Source: Mantamonas sphyraenae STR306 (lineage: Eukaryota; Protista; CRuMs). From it: a stretch of DNA of 64,000 nt. Below, piece after piece: positions 60,551-64,000 of the stretch; within the stretch, counting starts at the first letter, position 1; every line of letters begins with the position of its first letter. A program made the translations under genes and the position numbers. The stretch lies in NCBI GenBank assembly GCA_026936335.1, contig JAPMXV010000043.1:372001-436000 (forward strand), in the 5' to 3' direction. Below the pieces are notes generated by a model, which saw only the letters and a list, made by a program, of their open reading frames with translations, did not search any database and was not told the DNA's origin.

Positions 60551-63500
60551 TTACATGGCCAGCAGCATGGCAGCCAGGACAACGGCACAGAGGGTGCCAA
60601 AGGAGAACGCAAACGACGAGGAGGCGTCGCTGGTGGTGGCGGTGGGTGTGGCGGTGGGGGTCGGGCTGGCAGTGGGGGTCGGGGTCGCAGACGACGAAGG
60701 ACCCGGGGTCGGGGTAGGGGCAGGGGTCACGTTGGCATAGTTGGTCATGCGGTTGATGGGGAAGTAGAGGCCGGCCTGAGTGACGGTGGTGCAGTACTGT
60801 CCATCGCCGTTGACGCTGACGGTCTTTTGCAGGGGCACACCAGGCTTGGTCTGGGCGTCACCCATGCTAAAGTCCTTGGTCGGGTAGGTGGAGGCGTCGA
60901 CGTCGATGTCCGGGTCCAGAGAGGCACACAGAGTCACACCCGAAGCCAGCGAGCTGGAGCTCTGCACGTTGACGCCGTCGCCTACGAGTTGACCGACAAT
61001 GGCGCCGTTAGCGTTGGGCACGACGGCAAACTCGGCCGAGTTGCCCGTGGCCATGGGACTCACCACACGCTCCACAAAGCTGCGCAGACGCTGAACAACC
61101 GAGGCCGAGGCGGCGTTGTTGTTGTTGCTGTTGGTACCGTTCTCCTTGGCGTAGGCAGCGGCAGGAACCACTCCCATCGTCATCTCCGTGGTCTGCGTAA
61201 AGGTGCCCGGGCCCGCGGTGATGCTTGCCTCGTTGCTGCTCACACCCTGCTGCTGTGCGGACGGGAACATGGTCTTGACAGCGACGTTGAAGTCGTCCAG
61301 GTCGCCCGAGACGTTGAAGCACGCGCCACCCTTGGTGGTGCCACAGTCGCATGCGGCGGTGCGCAGGGCCGAGAAGATGGGGTTGTAACGGCACTGGAAG
61401 AAGGTGGTGACGCCCTCGCCCATGTCGCTGAGGATGGCCCTGTTGACCATGAGATCCACGCGGCTGCGGTTCATGGTCTGCTTCCACGTGTTGATCTGGC
61501 GCTCCTCACGCACACGCCACTCCATGGGGCGCATGTAGCCCGGCATCCAGCGGCCCTGGGTCCACTTGGTGACGTGCTTCCACTCGTGTCCACAGGCACG
61601 GCAAGCCTGCGGGGTGGCGTGGCCCACGTAGTTGTTCCACGAGTCGAAGCAGCCCATGCCGTAGGCGTTGCAGGCGGACTGGTTGAACGCTTGCTGTTCG
61701 TAGAAGGTCCATTGCGGGCCCATGGCCTCACAGATGGTGCGGTTCTGGTTTGCGTTGTTGTCGTTGCTCTTGCACAGGGCCTGGCTGACTTGGTTGGCAC
61801 CCTCGGGGCACTGGGACCAGCCGTTGTTGTTGGCCACACGACGAGTCACACAGGCGCCGCCGCGTGCAAAGTAATCCTCGCACTGACCGGTGGCCTGGCA
61901 CTGACCCGGGGTGGAGCACGGCGCCCAATCGTTCCATCGGCAAGACAGCAGGGCCTGGTCAGCGTTGCTCGTGCACGTGTCAAAGCTCTGCATGTCGCAG
62001 GTGTTCCAGGTGAGGCCGGCAGCGATGCACTGGGTGCGATCCGGGTAGCGGCGGGTGAGCACACACGTGTTGCTCTTCCACTCGCCCTTGATCTCACCGC
62101 ACGTGGTGCTGTCCGTCACCGTGGCGTTCTTGCACAGCACCTGGCTCAGGGCGTCGTTGCGGTTGGTCGACTCGCACTTGCGGCACTGCTGCGTGCAGAA
62201 GCGCTGCGCTGCACACTCGGTGCTGTTGAACGGACGGCCACCGTGGTTGTGCACCACGCAGCGGCCTTCGGCACAGCGCTGGGGCGTGTCAAAGCGGCCG
62301 CGCTGGAAGCGGTGGCCGTAAAAGTACGAATGTCCTGGCTTTGCGGAGCATCCGGACGGGTTCCACTCGTTCAGGCGGTCGACGCACAGACCGTTGCCAT
62401 TGCCCCACTGTTCGTCCCAGTAGTAGGCGAATCCACGTGCCTGGCACGCAGTGCGGTTGTCGTTGGTGTAGCAGCGACGGCGGTTGCATCGCCACTCGGC
62501 GTCATCGCCCTTGGCCATGGGGTCGGAGCGAGGGCAGATCGACGAGGGCAGACAGCTGCCTTCCGTGTTGTTGTTGGCAACACAGCGCCACTGGTTCCAC
62601 TGATCCTGCTCCCAGGAGTAGCCGGCGCCCTCACATTGCTGCTGGTTCTGCAGCGCCCACACCTGGCACATGGTGGGCCACGACTGGTCGGAGCAGTAGG
62701 GGCCCCAGCACTCGCCACAGAAGTAGGTCTTGCCGTTGGCCTGGTAGCCCTTCTTGGCTTCGCACTGTGCCTTGTTGCGGTTCTCCCAGAAGTTGTACGA
62801 GCACAACTTGCGGCGCTCACACTCGGTGCGGTTGCCCGGGTAGTACTTGGGCTCGTAGTTGCCCGTGGCCGGGTTCTTCTCGTACGTGGAGTACGATCGG
62901 CGGAACATCATTTTGAAGCCGTTCTTGGTGCAGGTGCTGGGCTGGTACGAGGCGCTGTAGTCCACGCACCACTGGCCCTGGAAATCCCAGGTGCCGCCCA
63001 TGGAGCCGCACGTCACCTGGGTGGCGTCCATGTTGACACAGCGCGGGTCTGTGTCCGAGCCCGCGCAATCCATGGAGCTCATGCGCTGCTTGAACTCGGT
63101 CTCGTACGTGGTGCGCGAAACATCCACGGGCAGGTTCCACGCCTTTTGGTTGAACTGGCGCGTGCGGTTGTCCATGCGGTCCAGGTAGCAGGCAAACAGG
63201 AACGGGTCGGGGTTGTCCCACGGGCGTTCACACTTGAAGTTGCCCGAGTTGTAGCCCTCCTCGACACAGGCCAGGTCGCCGTACTCGTTGCAGTCCGAGT
63301 CACTCTTGCAGTTGCGATCCTTGAAGATGGCGTCCCAGCACTCCTGGCGGAAGGCCACGCGCGTCTCGTAGAGCTGATCGGGCACGTCGCGCTTAAAGTT
63401 GACGTTGCACGTGCCACTGGGCTTGTTGTTGGCGTTGAGGTCCCTGCGGAAGGCCTGCAGCATGCGGAAGATCTTCTGCGGGGAGCTGCACACGCCGGCG

Positions 63501-64000
63501 ATGGGGCCGGGCCTCACACGGCCCTGCACCTCGTACGACTCGTTGACGGCGCGCGGGTTGCAGCACGAGCTCCAGCGCAGAGCCTGGTTGCAGCACGGGT
63601 CGTTCTTCCATGCGTCCGAGTTGCGATCCTGGACACCGCAGGCGCGCGAGTTGACCTGGAAGGTCTCCTGTCGGTTGGCCTCAAAGAAGGGACCGAAGCG
63701 CTTGATGCAACCCACGTAGGGCTGACGGGACGTGACACTGTTGATGCCGTTGATGAGGTTGCTGAGCTGGCGCGGGTCGTCCATGTTGCGGAACAGGCCA
63801 AACATGCGCCTCATCTCACGCTGGACTTCGTTGATGCCCTGCTCGGTGCACGGGGGCACGTTGGCAGCCTTGTTGAAGGCGTACGAAGAGGCAGTGGTTG
63901 CAGCGCCGGCTTGGTCGACGACGTTGCCGTTGGTCCAGCTGACGGTGCCACCCATGCAGGTGTTGAGCTGAGCCTCGTCCAGGGGCGAGTTGAGGTTGAA
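60551..64000 (-). CDS. Large Cys/Trp-rich, probably GPI-anchored surface protein (5' end outside window)
   Basis: Open frame to the window edge with strong codon bias. Repeated C-x3-G-x2-W modules, many N-x-S/T sequons, a PT/TP stalk and a terminal hydrophobic stretch with no cytosolic tail. Confidence 0.85.
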   Translation of the reverse strand, partial: FNLNSPLDEAQLNTCMGGTVSWTNGNVVDQAGAATTASSYAFNKAANVPPCTEQGINEVQREMRRMFGLFRNMDDPRQLSNLINGINSVTSRQPYVGCIKRFGPFFEANRQETFQVNSRACGVQDRNSDAWKNDPCCNQALRWSSCCNPRAVNESYEVQGRVRPGPIAGVCSSPQKIFRMLQAFRRDLNANNKPSGTCNVNFKRDVPDQLYETRVAFRQECWDAIFKDRNCKSDSDCNEYGDLACVEEGYNSGNFKCERPWDNPDPFLFACYLDRMDNRTRQFNQKAWNLPVDVSRTTYETEFKQRMSSMDCAGSDTDPRCVNMDATQVTCGSMGGTWDFQGQWCVDYSASYQPSTCTKNGFKMMFRRSYSTYEKNPATGNYEPKYYPGNRTECERRKLCSYNFWENRNKAQCEAKKGYQANGKTYFCGECWGPYCSDQSWPTMCQVWALQNQQQCEGAGYSWEQDQWNQWRCVANNNTEGSCLPSSICPRSDPMAKGDDAEWRCNRRRCYTNDNRTACQARGFAYYWDEQWGNGNGLCVDRLNEWNPSGCSAKPGHSYFYGHRFQRGRFDTPQRCAEGRCVVHNHGGRPFNSTECAAQRFCTQQCRKCESTNRNDALSQVLCKNATVTDSTTCGEIKGEWKSNTCVLTRRYPDRTQCIAAGLTWNTCDMQSFDTCTSNADQALLSCRWNDWAPCSTPGQCQATGQCEDYFARGGACVTRRVANNNGWSQCPEGANQVSQALCKSNDNNANQNRTICEAMGPQWTFYEQQAFNQSACNAYGMGCFDSWNNYVGHATPQACRACGHEWKHVTKWTQGRWMPGYMRPMEWRVREERQINTWKQTMNRSRVDLMVNRAILSDMGEGVTTFFQCRYNPIFSALRTAACDCGTTKGGACFNVSGDLDDFNVAVKTMFPSAQQQGVSSNEASITAGPGTFTQTTEMTMGVVPAAAYAKENGTNSNNNNAASASVVQRLRSFVERVVSPMATGNSAEFAVVPNANGAIVGQLVGDGVNVQSSSSLASGVTLCASLDPDIDVDASTYPTKDFSMGDAQTKPGVPLQKTVSVNGDGQYCTTVTQAGLYFPINRMTNYANVTPAPTPTPGPSSSATPTPTASPTPTATPTATTSDASSSFAFSFGTLCAVVLAAMLLAM

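Overview
Gene-dense, GC-rich nuclear DNA of a flagellated, mitochondriate microbial eukaryote; I cannot name the lineage from the sequence. I can reconstruct about 28 protein-coding genes by hand. They have short GT-AG introns, often ending CACAG and rich in CA/TG repeats, and several divergent pairs have only 44-80 nt between predicted ATGs. Genes include RPGRIP1L-like, CHD7-like, two CIPK/Chk1-type kinases, Rab20/24-like, LMF, AHCY, BET1, SHPRH-like, a GT61-like glycosyltransferase, NFS1, PAM18, CDC45, IMMP1L, TTC29, TMEM230, two roadblock/LC7 paralogues, LEKR1, APC15, SNU13 and a membrane cyclase. Most notable: (1) nine intron-independent frame breaks in five otherwise intact genes. Eight are repaired by adding one nucleotide. 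Assembly deletion error is the leading explanation, but insertional RNA editing or recoding is not excluded. (2) A 1.2-kb inverted duplication of NFS1-3'/PAM18 around a foreign-looking spacer. (3) Several unusual signalling architectures: rhodanese-pseudophosphatase-PUL; PH-RGS-RGS-GRAM-cNMP-GRAM-cNMP; and a double-degenerate pseudocyclase. (4) A polyglycine (GGX) protein and a Cys-rich GPI-type surface protein. No rRNA, tRNA or CRISPR array was recognised. Most long ORFs in the track are antisense shadows of real genes.
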